64,000 nucleotides of DNA, from positions 2,497,549-2,561,548 of the forward strand of contig JAXHLS010000002.1 in the NCBI GenBank assembly GCA_034522055.1, written 5' to 3'. This document shows positions 27,424-37,642 of the stretch, piece after piece; the stretch's first letter is position 1; each line of letters starts with the position of its first letter. The notes beneath the pieces are model-generated. The model saw nothing but the letters and a program-made list of their open reading frames with translations. It had not been told where the DNA came from and ran no database searches. The position numbers and the translations under genes were made by a program. This DNA comes from Gammaproteobacteria bacterium. GTDB lineage: Bacteria; Pseudomonadota; Gammaproteobacteria; JAABTG01.

Positions 27424-29205
27424 TCAGTGGGCCGTGGCGGTGCCGGCGCCCCTGGGTACGCGGATGTCCTCCACCAGGTGCTGGATGTGCTCCGGCGGTG
27501 CCTGGGTGACCTTGGATATGGCGATGGCCACCGCGAAGTTGATGAGGGCGCCGACGGCGCCGAAGGACTCCGGCTGGATGCCGAACAGCCAGTACTCCGC
27601 GGTGTTGGGCAGGTTGTTGGTGCCGGGAATGAAGAACCAGCCCTTGTACACGAAGATGTAGACCACCGTGGAGGTCAGGCCCGTGAGCATGCCCGCCACC
27701 GCCCCGACGTTGTTCATCTTCTTGTTGAAGATCCCCATCATCAGGGCGGGGAAGATGGACGATGCCGCCAGCCCGAAGGCCAGCGCTACCACCTGGGCCG
27801 CGAAGCCCGGTGGATTCATGCCCAGATAGCCCGCCACGATGATGGCGCCCGCCATGGCGATACGGCCCGCTCTGAGTTCGTTTCGCTCCGAGATGTTGGG
27901 CATGAACACGCCCTTGAGCAGATCATGGGAGATGGACGACGAGATGGCGAGCAGCAGACCCGCGGCGGTGGACAGGGCGGCCGCCAGACCGCCCGCCGCC
28001 ACCAGGGCGATGACCCAGTTGGGCAGGTTGGCGATCTCCGGGTTGGCCAGCACCATGATGTCCCGATCCACCTTGATCATTTCGTTGCCTTGCCAGCCCC
28101 ACTGCTCCTCCGCCATGGCCGCGAACTCGGGGTTGCCGTCGTTGTAGTATTGGATGCGGCCGTCGCCGTTCTTGTCCTCGAAGGCGAGCAGGCCGGTGGT
28201 CTCCCAGGTGGCCATCCATGCGGGCCGGTTCTCGTAGACCAGGTTGGCCTCGGGCTGGCCCACCGGCCCCGTCTGCACCGTCTCCATGAGGTTCAGGCGG
28301 GCCATGGAGCCCACCGCGGGGGCGGTGGTGTAGAGGATGGCGATGAACACCAGGGCCCAGCCGGCGGAGAAGCGGGCGTCCCGCACCTTGGGTACGGTGA
28401 AGAAGCGGATAATTACATGGGGCAGACCCGCGGTGCCGATCATCAGGGACAGGGTCAACAACACCATGTTGAGCGATGTCCCTTTCTGATCCGTGTACTT
28501 GGCGAAGCCCAGCTCCGTGACCACCTGGTCCAGCTTGTCCAGCATGAATGTATTGCTGTCGGCCATGGTGCTGGCCAGCCCGAGCTGGGGTATGGGGTTG
28601 CCGGTGAGCTGCAGGGAGATGAACACCGCCGGCACGGTGTAGGCGAAGATGAGCACGCAATACTGGGCGATCTGGGTGTAGGTGATGCCCTTCATGCCCC
28701 CCAGCACCGCGTAGATGAACACGATGGCCATGCCGATGAGGACGCCCACCTCGAACTCCACCTCGAGGAAGCGGCCGAAGGCCACGCCCACGCCCTTCAT
28801 CTGGCCGATGACGTAAGTGACGGAGGCCACGATGAGGCACAGCACCGCCACCAGGCGGGCGGTCTGGGAGTAATAACGCTCGCCGATGAACTCGGGCACC
28901 GTGAACTTGCCGAACTTGCGCAGGTAGGGGGCCAGCAGCATGGCCAGCAGCACGTAACCGCCGGTCCACCCCATGAGGTAGACCGAGGCATCGTAGCCAC
29001 TGAAGGCGATGAGCCCCGCCATGGAGATGAAGGAGGCGGCGGACATCCAGTCGGCCGCCGTGGCCATGCCGTTGGCGATGGGGTTCACGCCCTTGCCGGC
29101 GACATAGAACTCACCGGTGGTAGCGGCCCGGGCCCAGATGGCGATGCCGATGTAGAGGGCGAAGGTGCCGCCCACGAACAGATAGATAAGGGTCTGCAGT
29201 TCCAT
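27424..29205 (-). CDS. actP: sodium:solute symporter family transporter (cation/acetate symporter ActP-like)
   Basis: 593 aa polytopic SSS-family protein; coupled to an upstream DUF4212 gene as in actP loci. Confidence 0.75.
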   Translation of the reverse strand: MELQTLIYLFVGGTFALYIGIAIWARAATTGEFYVAGKGVNPIANGMATAADWMSAASFISMAGLIAFSGYDASVYLMGWTGGYVLLAMLLAPYLRKFGKFTVPEFIGERYYSQTARLVAVLCLIVASVTYVIGQMKGVGVAFGRFLEVEFEVGVLIGMAIVFIYAVLGGMKGITYTQIAQYCVLIFAYTVPAVFISLQLTGNPIPQLGLASTMADSNTFMLDKLDQVVTELGFAKYTDQKGTSLNMVLLTLSLMIGTAGLPHVIIRFFTVPKVRDARFSAGWALVFIAILYTTAPAVGSMARLNLMETVQTGPVGQPEANLVYENRPAWMATWETTGLLAFEDKNGDGRIQYYNDGNPEFAAMAEEQWGWQGNEMIKVDRDIMVLANPEIANLPNWVIALVAAGGLAAALSTAAGLLLAISSSISHDLLKGVFMPNISERNELRAGRIAMAGAIIVAGYLGMNPPGFAAQVVALAFGLAASSIFPALMMGIFNKKMNNVGAVAGMLTGLTSTVVYIFVYKGWFFIPGTNNLPNTAEYWLFGIQPESFGAVGALINFAVAIAISKVTQAPPEHIQHLVEDIRVPRGAGTATAH

Positions 29206-29215
29206 GGGAGGCTCC

Positions 29216-29470
29216 TCAGTCTTCGTGCAGGTCGAACTTGCGATCGAGGGCGTTCATGCGCCAGGCATAGACGAAGATGAGCACCAGGAAGGTATAGATG
29301 GAGCCCTGCTGGGCGAACCAGAAGCCGAGGCCGACGCCGCCGAGGCGTATGGCATTCAGTGGCTCCACGAGAATGATGCCGAACAGATAAGACACGGCAA
29401 ACCAGATGACCAGCAGGATCGTGACCAGTCGTATGTTGGCCTTCCAATAAGCTTTCGCGGAATCACTCAT
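29216..29470 (-). CDS. DUF4212 small membrane protein (symporter small subunit-like)
   Basis: 84 aa from MSDSAKAYWKANIRL (GAGGAGGG RBS); two TM segments; 10 nt upstream of the symporter. Confidence 0.7.
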   Translation of the reverse strand: MSDSAKAYWKANIRLVTILLVIWFAVSYLFGIILVEPLNAIRLGGVGLGFWFAQQGSIYTFLVLIFVYAWRMNALDRKFDLHED

Positions 29471-29707
29471 AGCCGGTGCCCTCCTCAAGGCTGATGTTCT
29501 GATTTTTGCGCTGTCCTGAGTCTATCCTTCGTTCCTCGGTACGCCCGTCGTTGTCGTGTCCCGTGGTCCCGTGGCGGTAGGGCTTTGTAATCCAGTTTTG
29601 TCATGGTTGTCAAAATGTTACCTTTACTTATTAATAATATGCTTTTGTGGCTTGAGCGGACTGCCGCGGTCGTACACGGGCCGGCGGGCACCGGCGTCGG
29701 GAGGTGA

Positions 29708-30581
29708 CATGCGTATCACTGTGCTGGGGATGGGATTGATGGGGGCCGCCATGGCGCGGCGGCTGGTGGATACGGGCCACGGGGTGACGGTATACAACCG
29801 CACCCCGGGGCGGGCGCAGCCCCTGGCCGCGGCGGGCTGCAGGGTGGCCGCGGATGCAGGGGAGGCGTTGCAGGCCGGGGATTTCATCATCCTCGCTCTG
29901 GCGGATGCCACGGCCATCGAGGCGGTGCTGTGGGACGGTCACGACGAGGGACATCTGACGGGTCGCGTGATGATCCAGATGGGCACCATCGGCGCCCTCG
30001 AGAGCCGGGCCCTGGATGAACGGGTCAGGGCGGCGGGCGGGTCATACCTCGAGGCGCCGGTGCTCGGCAGCATTCCCGAGGCGACGGCGGGTACCCTGCT
30101 GGTGATGGCCGGCGGCACGGCTGAACTGTTCCAACGCTGCCTGCCCCTGTTCGAGGTCCTCAGTCGCGCGCCGGTGCACGTGGGGGAGGTGGGGCAGGCC
30201 GCCACCATCAAGCTCGCTCTGAACCAACTCATCGCCTCCCTGACCACTGCTTTCTCCCTTAGCCTCGGCCTGGTGCAGCGGGAGGGCATCGAAGTCGAGA
30301 CCTTCATGGGCCTGCTGCGGGACAGCGCCCTCTATGCGCCCACCTTCGACAAGAAGCTGCCGCGCATGCTGGAACACGAATACGCCAATCCCAACTTCTC
30401 GGCCCGCCACCTGGCCAAGGACATTCGTCTGTTCTCGGAACAGGCGGCCGCCGCCGGTCTGGATGCGGCCATGCTGGACGGCGTGGCCGCGGTGGTGGGA
30501 CACACCATCGCCGCGGGCTTTGGCGATGCGGATTACTCGGCCCTTTACGAGGGTGTTACCGGCGGCGTGGACGCCACTTGA
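29708..30581 (+). CDS. NAD(P)-dependent oxidoreductase (3-hydroxyisobutyrate/6-phosphogluconate dehydrogenase family)
   Basis: 291 aa from MRITVLGMGLMGAAMARRL (GGGAGG RBS); dinucleotide-binding GxGxxG motif. Confidence 0.75.
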
Positions 30582-30683
30582 GTCCAGACCGGCCGCTGGT
30601 CTTGCCTCCGGGGCAATTTCGGGGGCTTGGGGTCGGAGGATGAGGGGCGGGCGGATAGGTTTGCGGGTCGTCGTGGACGGGGT

Positions 30684-30885
30684 TTAACGTGAAAGTCGCG
30701 AAGCACGAACTCCCCCTCTCCCTCTGGGACAAATCCGTCGGGAACGGATTTGAACGCGCCTTGGCGCGGCCCGCAGGGCGAAGGGCAGGATGCCCGGAGT
30801 ACAGGGATGGGGTGAGGGAACGAACATGGCGATAGGCGCTCTTATTTCATCATCTTGGGCGGCGCGTATCGCCATGAGAGTTAAC
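30684..30885 (-). repeat. MITE-like structured repeat element, long variant (copy 4)
   Basis: TTAACGTGAAAGTCGCGAAGCAC ... GCCATGAGAGTTAAC; contains the same ~75-bp insert (with AAATCCGTTCCCGACGGATTT and CGCGCCAAGGCGCG palindromes) as copy 1. Confidence 0.85.
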
Positions 30886-30930
30886 GCGGCGCGCGTGACG
30901 TCACGCGCGCCGCGCCTGGGTGCATCTATT

Positions 30931-31296
30931 TTACTGGTTGGAGGAACCCTGGGGGGCGCTGGGGGCGGCCGGATAGCCACCGTAGGCTGGGGCCGGGTGG
31001 CCGCCGTAGGCCGGGTAGCCACCATAGCCCGGGTAGCCGCCATAGCCCGGATAACCGTAAGGACCGTAGCCGCCATAGTAGGGGGCGCCATAACCGTAGC
31101 CGCGACCAGAGCCCCGGCCGCTGCCGGTCCAGCTCATGTTGCCGCTTCCGAACATGTCACCGAGGCCGTCTCCCCAGCCACTCCAGGGGCCGCCGCCGTA
31201 ACCTGGGCCGCCCCACCATGCATTGGCGGACTGCAGAGGCAGAGCGGCGGCGCCGAGGATGGTGGCGACTGCGGCTGCTTTAGCGAGTGCTTTCAT
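30931..31296 (-). CDS. Gly/Tyr-rich secreted protein, sulfur-globule-protein (Sgp)-like, paralog 2
   Basis: 121 aa from [10 protein letters not shown] (AAGGAGAG RBS); signal peptide; [24 protein letters not shown] plus GYG/PYG repeats nearly identical to the 18023 paralog. Confidence 0.6.
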   Translation of the reverse strand: MKALAKAAAVATILGAAALPLQSANAWWGGPGYGGGPWSGWGDGLGDMFGSGNMSWTGSGRGSGRGYGYGAPYYGGYGPYGYPGYGGYPGYGGYPAYGGHPAPAYGGYPAAPSAPQGSSNQ

Positions 31297-31513
31297 ACAT
31301 CTCTCCTTAGTCTTATAAACAGCAAAACAGATAGCAGACTGACGTGTTCGACCGCCCACCGCGACCCCGAACGAGCGGGTGGACGATCCAAATCAAGTTT
31401 CGCACCGCTAGTAAGGTGATTCAACTCTGCCGTTGATCTGAATCCCCAGGTCGGGGTGCGAAACGTGTACGCGCCGGCTTACCTTGAGGCGGAGCGCGTG
31501 ATAGAAATGCGCC

Positions 31514-32461
31514 ATGGAATATAAAGACTATTACAAGACCCTCGGCGTGGACCGCGGTGCCTCCACGGCCGACATACGTGCCGCCTACCGGCGGCTGGCC
31601 CGCAAGTACCACCCGGATGTCAGCAAGGCCGCCGATGCGGAGGCCCGCTTCAAGGCCGTCAACGAGGCCCACGAGGTGTTGAAGGATCCCCAGAAGCGGC
31701 GCGCCTACGACCAGCTCGGCCGCGGCTGGCAGTCCGGTCAGGATTTTCGTCCCCCACCCGGGTGGCAGCGCCGGACCCAGGCGGGCGGCGGGCAGGCCGG
31801 GTTCAACGGCGCCTCCTTCAGCGATTTCTTCGAGACCCTGTTCGGTGGTGCCCCGCCCCGCGGGGCCCACGGACCGCGGGATGGTGTTTACGCCCAGGCG
31901 GGCGAGGACGAACGGGCGAAGATACTGGTGAGCCTGGAGGATGCCTACCACGGCGCGGTGCGCACCCTGCAACTGCAAGTGCAGGAGATCGGTCCGGGGG
32001 GGCAGGTGGTGAGCCGCACTCGTGCCCTCAAGGTGAGGATACCCCCGGGCGTGACCCAGGGCCGGCAGATCCGGCTCGGTGGCCAGGGCGGTCCCGGCCT
32101 TGGCGGTGGCAGCCCCGGGGACCTGTACCTGGAGGTGGACCTGCAACGCCATCCCTATTACCGCGCCGAGGGCCGCGACATCTACCTCGATTACCCCGTC
32201 GCCCCCTGGGAGGCGGCTCTCGGCGCCACCCTCAAGGTGCCCACCCTCGGGGGAGAGGTGGACCTCAAGATCCGTCCGGGTTCCCAGAGCGGCCTGAAGA
32301 TGCGCCTCAAGGGCCGGGGGCTGCCCGGCGAGCCGCCGGGGGACCAGTACCTGGTGCTGACAATCGTCACGCCCCCCGCCGCCGACGAGCGGGGCCGTGC
32401 CCTCTACGAGCGCATGGCGCGGGAGATCCCCTTCGATCCGCGCTCCCATCTCGGGCGTTGA
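31514..32461 (+). CDS. cbpA: curved-DNA-binding protein CbpA (DnaJ-like co-chaperone)
   Basis: 315 aa; J domain (DYYKTLGV...KYHPDV) then DnaJ C-terminal substrate-binding domains, no zinc finger. Confidence 0.8.
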   Translation: MEYKDYYKTLGVDRGASTADIRAAYRRLARKYHPDVSKAADAEARFKAVNEAHEVLKDPQKRRAYDQLGRGWQSGQDFRPPPGWQRRTQAGGGQAGFNGASFSDFFETLFGGAPPRGAHGPRDGVYAQAGEDERAKILVSLEDAYHGAVRTLQLQVQEIGPGGQVVSRTRALKVRIPPGVTQGRQIRLGGQGGPGLGGGSPGDLYLEVDLQRHPYYRAEGRDIYLDYPVAPWEAALGATLKVPTLGGEVDLKIRPGSQSGLKMRLKGRGLPGEPPGDQYLVLTIVTPPAADERGRALYERMAREIPFDPRSHLGR

Positions 32462-32544
32462 TCCGGGCCGTGGCCGCCAACACATGAGTCCCAATACATG
32501 AGTCCCAAAACATGAGTCGAGGAACACGAACCGAGGATGAGACG

Positions 32545-33960
32545 ATGAATCCCGCCATGCGCTACCACCCTGGAAAGAACCGCCCCCACCACGCCCGGCG
32601 CCCGGCCCGTCGGCTGCCGGCTCTGCTGGCGGTGCTGGCCTTCGTCACCGCCTCCACCGTGGGGGCGGCCCTGCCCGCCGCGGTGGATGGCGAGCCTCTG
32701 CCCTCCCTGGCGCCCATGCTGGAGCGCGCGGTGCCGGCGGTGGTGAACATATCCACCCGCACCGAGGTGCGTCGCGAGCTCAGCCCCCTGTTGCAGGACC
32801 CCTTCTTCCGGCGCTTCTTCGACATCCCCCGGGAGCGCTCCAGGAAACGCCACAGCCTGGGCTCGGGGGTGGTGGTGGATGCCGCCGAAGGCTACATCCT
32901 CACCAATCACCATGTCATCGACCGCGCCGACGAGATCACCGTGACCCTGCAGGACGGGCGTAACCTTCAGGCGGAACTGGTGGGCCACGATCCCGAGACC
33001 GACATCGCCGTAGTGCGGGTGCCGCCTGAAGGCCTCACCGCCCTGCCCCTGGCGGACTCCGATGACCTGCGGGTGGGGGACTTCGTGGTGGCCATCGGCA
33101 GCCCCTTCGGCCTCGGCCAGACGGTGACCTCGGGCATCGTCAGCGCCATGGGGCGCAGCGGCCTGGGCATCGAGGGCTACGAGGACTTCATCCAGACCGA
33201 TGCCTCCATCAACCCGGGCAACTCCGGCGGTGCCCTGGTGAACCTGCGGGGCGAACTGGTGGGTATCAACACCGCCATCCTGGCCCCCGGGGGCGGCAAC
33301 GTGGGGATCGGCTTCGCTATCCCCGCCAACATGGCGCGGGAGATCATGGCCCAGTTGGTGGAGTATGGCGAGGTACGCCGGGGTTATCTCGGCGTCACCG
33401 CCCAGGACCTCACGCCGGAGCTGGCCACGGCCTTCGGCCTGGAGTCGCGCGACGGCGCCGTCATCACCGAGGTGGCCACGGGCTCCCCCGGCGCCGAGGC
33501 CGGCCTGCGGCCCGGCGACGTCATCGTCGCGGTCAACGGCCGCCGGGTCAGCAATTCCTCCGATGTACGCAACACCGTGGGTCTGGCCCGCCTCGGCCAG
33601 GAGGTGGCCATCGAGTTCCTGCGTGACGGGGCCCCCATGACCGTCACCATGCGCTCCCGTGCCCCGGAGCCCGAAGGCACGGCCGGCGCACAGTTGCACC
33701 CGCGGCTGGCGGACGCGCGCTTCGCCGAGGTCGACGTCGGCGGCGACGGCCGTGACGCGGTGCGCGTCGGCGTGCTGGCGGTGGAGCAGGACGGCGCCGC
33801 CTGGAACTCCGGGCTGCGGCCGGGGGACATCATCCTGGCGGTGAACCGCCAGCGGGTGGGTGGGCTGAAGGCCATGGCGCGCGAACTCGCCGGTAGCGGC
33901 GACACCTTCTCCCTGACCCTGCAGCGGGGCAGCAGGATCCTGCGTATCGTACTGAGGTAG
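32545..33960 (+). CDS. periplasmic serine endoprotease, DegP/DegQ (HtrA) family
   Basis: Signal peptide; trypsin-like domain with GNSGGAL catalytic serine; two PDZ domains. Confidence 0.85.
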   Translation: MNPAMRYHPGKNRPHHARRPARRLPALLAVLAFVTASTVGAALPAAVDGEPLPSLAPMLERAVPAVVNISTRTEVRRELSPLLQDPFFRRFFDIPRERSRKRHSLGSGVVVDAAEGYILTNHHVIDRADEITVTLQDGRNLQAELVGHDPETDIAVVRVPPEGLTALPLADSDDLRVGDFVVAIGSPFGLGQTVTSGIVSAMGRSGLGIEGYEDFIQTDASINPGNSGGALVNLRGELVGINTAILAPGGGNVGIGFAIPANMAREIMAQLVEYGEVRRGYLGVTAQDLTPELATAFGLESRDGAVITEVATGSPGAEAGLRPGDVIVAVNGRRVSNSSDVRNTVGLARLGQEVAIEFLRDGAPMTVTMRSRAPEPEGTAGAQLHPRLADARFAEVDVGGDGRDAVRVGVLAVEQDGAAWNSGLRPGDIILAVNRQRVGGLKAMARELAGSGDTFSLTLQRGSRILRIVLR

Positions 33961-33966
33961 CTGAAC

Positions 33967-33997
33967 GCCGATTCAATCTGTTCTTTATCGAATCGGC
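33967..33997. terminator. hairpin between convergent degP-family and rmuC genes
   Basis: GCCGATTC ... GAATCGGC stem with an AT-rich loop; no strong U-tract. Confidence 0.3.
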
Positions 33998-34019
33998 ACT
34001 GGCCTGGTGAGACGCCCTG

Positions 34020-35459
34020 TCAGGCCCCGTCGCCGCTCCCCGGGGCCGCCCGGGGCAGGGCGGCGGCCTCCTCCGCGCCCTCCAGCTCCACCTTCTCGAT
34101 GCGCTCGAAGCGCTCCGCGATCTTGCCCGCCGAGATGTGCACGTCCTTGACGTCGCTGTGGGCCTGGCCGATGTGGCGGGCGAGATTGTCCATGCGCTTG
34201 CGGAAGCGCTCGAAGTCGCGGCCCAGCCATGACAGGTGGTCCTGGATGATATGCACCTGGCGACGGGTGGCGTCGTCCTTGAGCACCGCCCGCGCGGTGT
34301 TCAGTACCGCCATCATGGTGGTGGGGGAGCACATCCACACCCGGGAGCGGTAAGACAGCTCCACCAGGTCGGGGTGGTGGGCCTGGATCTCGGCGAACAC
34401 CGCCTCCGCGGGGATGAACATCACCGCGCCATCCGCCGTCACCGTGGGTAGGATGTAGCGCTCGGCGATGTCCTTGATGTGGCGTTTCACGTCCTGCTTG
34501 AACTGGCGCCCGGCCGCCTGGCGCTCCGCCTCGGGGGCCGTTTCGTCCATCATGCGCTGCCAGGATTCCAGGGGGAACTTCGAATCCACTGCCACGTGTC
34601 CGGTGGGGTCGGGCAGGAACAGGATGCAGTCCACCCGCCGGTTGTTGGGCAGGGTGTGCTGGAGGGCGTAGCTGCCCTCGGGCATCACGTTGCCGACCAG
34701 GGCGGACAGCTGGACCTCCCCCATGGCGCCCCGGGAGCGCTTGTCCGACAGCACCTCCTGGAGGCTCACTACGTTGCTGGAGAGTTCGGTGATGCGCTTC
34801 TGGGCCTCGTCGATGAGGGCGAGGCGCTGCTGCACGTCGGCGAATACCGCGGTGGTCTTCTCGAAGCCCTCGGCGAGGCGTTTCTCCACCTGGCCGCTGA
34901 TGTCCCGCAGGCGCTCGTCGGTGGAGCGGGTGAGGCGGTCTACCTGCTCGCTGACCGCCTCGCCACTGGCCTTGACCGCCCCGGACACCTGCTCCTGCAT
35001 GGCGCGGGTGCCCCGGCTGAGGCTGTCATGCAGGACCTTGAGGCCGTGGCTGTCGCGGCGTTCGGCCCGCTGCTCGTAGTCGGCCAGGCTGCTCTTCACC
35101 TGGTCGTTGAGGGCCGCGAACTGGCGGATGAGGTGATTCTGCAGTTGCCCCAGGGCCTTGATCTGGGTCGCGCGATTGGCGCCGAAGCCGCGCTCCAGGG
35201 CCGTCGTGAGCTCGCCGCGGTGGGCCGCCAGGTGCTGGTCCATGCGGTCCATCTGGGTGGCCAGGGCGCGCAGGGCATGGGCCTGCTCGTGCTGCCGGTC
35301 ACGGGCCTGCTCCAGGGACGCCTCCAGGCGTTCCAGCGCCCGCTGAGCGTCACGCCGGGCGCGGCCATGGAACACCGCCAAGGCCGCCACCAGCGCCGCC
35401 ACCAGCGCCAGCGGCACTAACGCCGCCAGCCAGGGCAGGAGGGGGTGCTGGAGATCCAT
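34020..35459 (-). CDS. rmuC: DNA recombination protein RmuC
   Basis: 479 aa; N-terminal TM segment, coiled coil, RmuC family C-terminal region. Confidence 0.8.
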   Translation of the reverse strand: MDLQHPLLPWLAALVPLALVAALVAALAVFHGRARRDAQRALERLEASLEQARDRQHEQAHALRALATQMDRMDQHLAAHRGELTTALERGFGANRATQIKALGQLQNHLIRQFAALNDQVKSSLADYEQRAERRDSHGLKVLHDSLSRGTRAMQEQVSGAVKASGEAVSEQVDRLTRSTDERLRDISGQVEKRLAEGFEKTTAVFADVQQRLALIDEAQKRITELSSNVVSLQEVLSDKRSRGAMGEVQLSALVGNVMPEGSYALQHTLPNNRRVDCILFLPDPTGHVAVDSKFPLESWQRMMDETAPEAERQAAGRQFKQDVKRHIKDIAERYILPTVTADGAVMFIPAEAVFAEIQAHHPDLVELSYRSRVWMCSPTTMMAVLNTARAVLKDDATRRQVHIIQDHLSWLGRDFERFRKRMDNLARHIGQAHSDVKDVHISAGKIAERFERIEKVELEGAEEAAALPRAAPGSGDGA

Positions 35460-35594
35460 CAGGGCGTCACCGCGCAGGTGAGAATTGTCACGGGTTTTGA
35501 CGGTTGAATCAGGGGAGTCACCACCATCTAATAGTCAATATCGACGTTCGCCGGTATCTTGCCGACCTTGGGGCCAATCTTGACGCCTACCGCT

Positions 35595-36437
35595 ATGAAC
35601 AAGCAATTACCCGAACAGCTGCGAAACCTGGTTTCCAGTGGGGAAGAAGGGCTCGACCTCGCGGCCGGGGCGTTGCTCATTGCCAGCCTGGAGTACCCGG
35701 AGCTGGATGCCGGGCGCTACCTGGCGGACCTCGACCGCATGGGCCGCGAGGTGAACGAGCTGGCCGGGTCCGGTGCCGCGCCCCTGGATGCCCTGCGCGC
35801 CCTCAACCGCTATCTGTTCGAGCAGCAGGGTTTCGCCGGCAACCACGCCGATTATTATGACCCCCGCAACAGCTTCCTCAACGATGTGCTGGAACGCCGC
35901 ACCGGGATCCCCGTGACCCTGTCGGTGGTGTACATGGAGGTGGCCCGTCGCGCGGGGCTGGAGGTCGACGGCGTGCCCTTCCCCGGCCATTTCCTGGTGA
36001 AGCTCACCCTGGAGGAGGGCGAGGTGCTGCTGGATCCCTATTCCGGCGGGGTGTCCCTGTCCCTGGAGGACGTCGAGGCGCGGCTGGCGGCCCTGGGCGG
36101 CGGCGGCCAGGAGGCCCGGCACGCCATCCCCGAACTGCTGAACGCCGCCTCCAAGCGCGATATCCTGCTGCGCATGGCCTCCAATCTGCGGGTCATCTAC
36201 CGCAACAACGACGACTATCCGCGCCTGCTGGCCCTGTCGGAACTGCTGCTGGTGCTGGCACCGGATGATGCCGAGATCTACCGTGACCAGGCGCTGTGCT
36301 ACGAGGGGCTGGAGTATCCCGCCGGTGCCTTGAAGGCCTACCGGCGCTATCTGGAGCACGCCGGCGAGCCACGGGACCGCGATGCCGTTCGCGAGCGCAT
36401 GGTGGAGTTGGGGGCCGTCGCCGGCAACGTGCACTGA
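35595..36437 (+). CDS. transglutaminase-like/TPR protein (SirB1/YchA family)
   Basis: 281 aa from MNKQLPEQL; SirB1-like N-terminal region (GIPVTLSVVYMEVARRAGL) then TPR-like C-terminus. Confidence 0.6.
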   Translation: MNKQLPEQLRNLVSSGEEGLDLAAGALLIASLEYPELDAGRYLADLDRMGREVNELAGSGAAPLDALRALNRYLFEQQGFAGNHADYYDPRNSFLNDVLERRTGIPVTLSVVYMEVARRAGLEVDGVPFPGHFLVKLTLEEGEVLLDPYSGGVSLSLEDVEARLAALGGGGQEARHAIPELLNAASKRDILLRMASNLRVIYRNNDDYPRLLALSELLLVLAPDDAEIYRDQALCYEGLEYPAGALKAYRRYLEHAGEPRDRDAVRERMVELGAVAGNVH

Positions 36438-36473
36438 AGGCACGCCCCTGGGGCGGTGACTCTGGGGGGCGGC

Positions 36474-36890
36474 TCAGCCCGCGGTCTGGGGCTGGTAATT
36501 GGGCAGGGGGCCGTCCGCCATGGACAGCCCCTCCGCCAGCCGTGCCAGGGCCGCGTCCAGCTCCATGAGGGAGATGGGCTTGCGCAGCAGGTCGATGGCG
36601 CCCCCCTCCAGGGCGGCCCGGCGCACGGCGGCGTCGTGGACTCCACTGATCATGATGACGCCCATGGTGGGTGCCGCCTCGCGCGCCGCCCGCAACACAT
36701 CGAGGCCCGTGCCGTCCGGCAGGCAGTAGTCCAGCAACGCGGCGCTGAAGGGCCGGTCCTGCAACAGGTACAGGGCCTCGCGACAGGTGCGAGCCCCGGC
36801 TATGCGGTAGCCCGCTTCCTGCAGGTGGAGGCCGAGGATGGCATTGAGGGACAGGTCGTCATCCACGATGAGGATATTGTGTTCATTCAT
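36474..36890 (-). CDS. single-domain response regulator (CheY-like receiver)
   Basis: 138 aa; ILIVDDD at the N-terminus, conserved D and K positions of a receiver fold, no output domain. Confidence 0.75.
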   Translation of the reverse strand: MNEHNILIVDDDLSLNAILGLHLQEAGYRIAGARTCREALYLLQDRPFSAALLDYCLPDGTGLDVLRAAREAAPTMGVIMISGVHDAAVRRAALEGGAIDLLRKPISLMELDAALARLAEGLSMADGPLPNYQPQTAG

Positions 36891-36897
36891 GGTGACC

Positions 36898-37449
36898 TCA
36901 GGCGGCCGTTTGGAGGCCGTAATCCGACTCCAGGAGTTCCCGCAGCTTGTGCTTGGCGCGGAACACCCGGGTCATGACGGCGCCGCGGGAGATCCCCATG
37001 ATACGGCCGATCTCCTCGCAGCTGTGGCCGCCCAGCACCTGCAGTTCCAGGGGCTCGCGGTACTCGGGGGAGAGGGTCTCCAGGGCGCGCCGTAACACGA
37101 AGGCCTCGGTGCTCTTGTCGTCGCCATCGAAGCCGGCCACCCGTTCGACCTCCATGTCGCTGAACTCGGGGCGGTAGCGCTCGTAGAGGCGGGCGTGTTC
37201 GCGGCGCACGATGGTCATGAGCCAGGACTTCACGGCCTTGGAGTCACGGATGGAACTACGCGCCCGCCATGCCCGCAACAGAGTCTCCTGCACCACGTCC
37301 TCGGCCACCGCGCGGTCGCGGGCCAGCCACAGGGCGTAACGGAACAGGTCCCGGGAGTAGGTGTCCACCAGGGTCTCGAACTCGGCACGGGTGACATCCG
37401 GGGGAAAGGGCGCGGTGGCTTGCTCGATTTGGGCGGCACAGGTGGACAT
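36898..37449 (-). CDS. RNA polymerase sigma-70 factor, ECF subfamily
   Basis: 183 aa from MSTCAAQ (GGAGAA RBS); sigma region 2 (YSRDLFRYALWLARDRAVAEDVVQETLLRAW) and region 4 (SCEEIGRIMGISRGAVMTRVFRAKHKL). Confidence 0.8.
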   Translation of the reverse strand: MSTCAAQIEQATAPFPPDVTRAEFETLVDTYSRDLFRYALWLARDRAVAEDVVQETLLRAWRARSSIRDSKAVKSWLMTIVRREHARLYERYRPEFSDMEVERVAGFDGDDKSTEAFVLRRALETLSPEYREPLELQVLGGHSCEEIGRIMGISRGAVMTRVFRAKHKLRELLESDYGLQTAA

Positions 37450-37642
37450 GGCGGTTCTCCGGTCACGGGCCCCCAACGGGCCGGTCACTCTCAGTAGAGC
37501 AATCGCCATGCCATTAATTAACGCATTGATATATTTAGGTATTTAATTTTTTAGAGGCAAGGATAACAACGAATCGTTACATCGATGTGCGGCGGCGGAG
37601 GTAACGAAACGTGACATTCACACCGGCATCATGCCCGCCGCT

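Noticed and set aside
27370-29280. 636-aa plus-strand ORF
   Set aside because: Antisense to the SSS-family symporter, which has clear transmembrane and family features
30840-30880. tRNA-like GTTCAAATCC motif inside the long MITE variant
   Set aside because: The flanking sequence does not form a T-arm, acceptor stem or any cloverleaf; it is part of the AAATCCGTTCCCGACGGATTT palindrome
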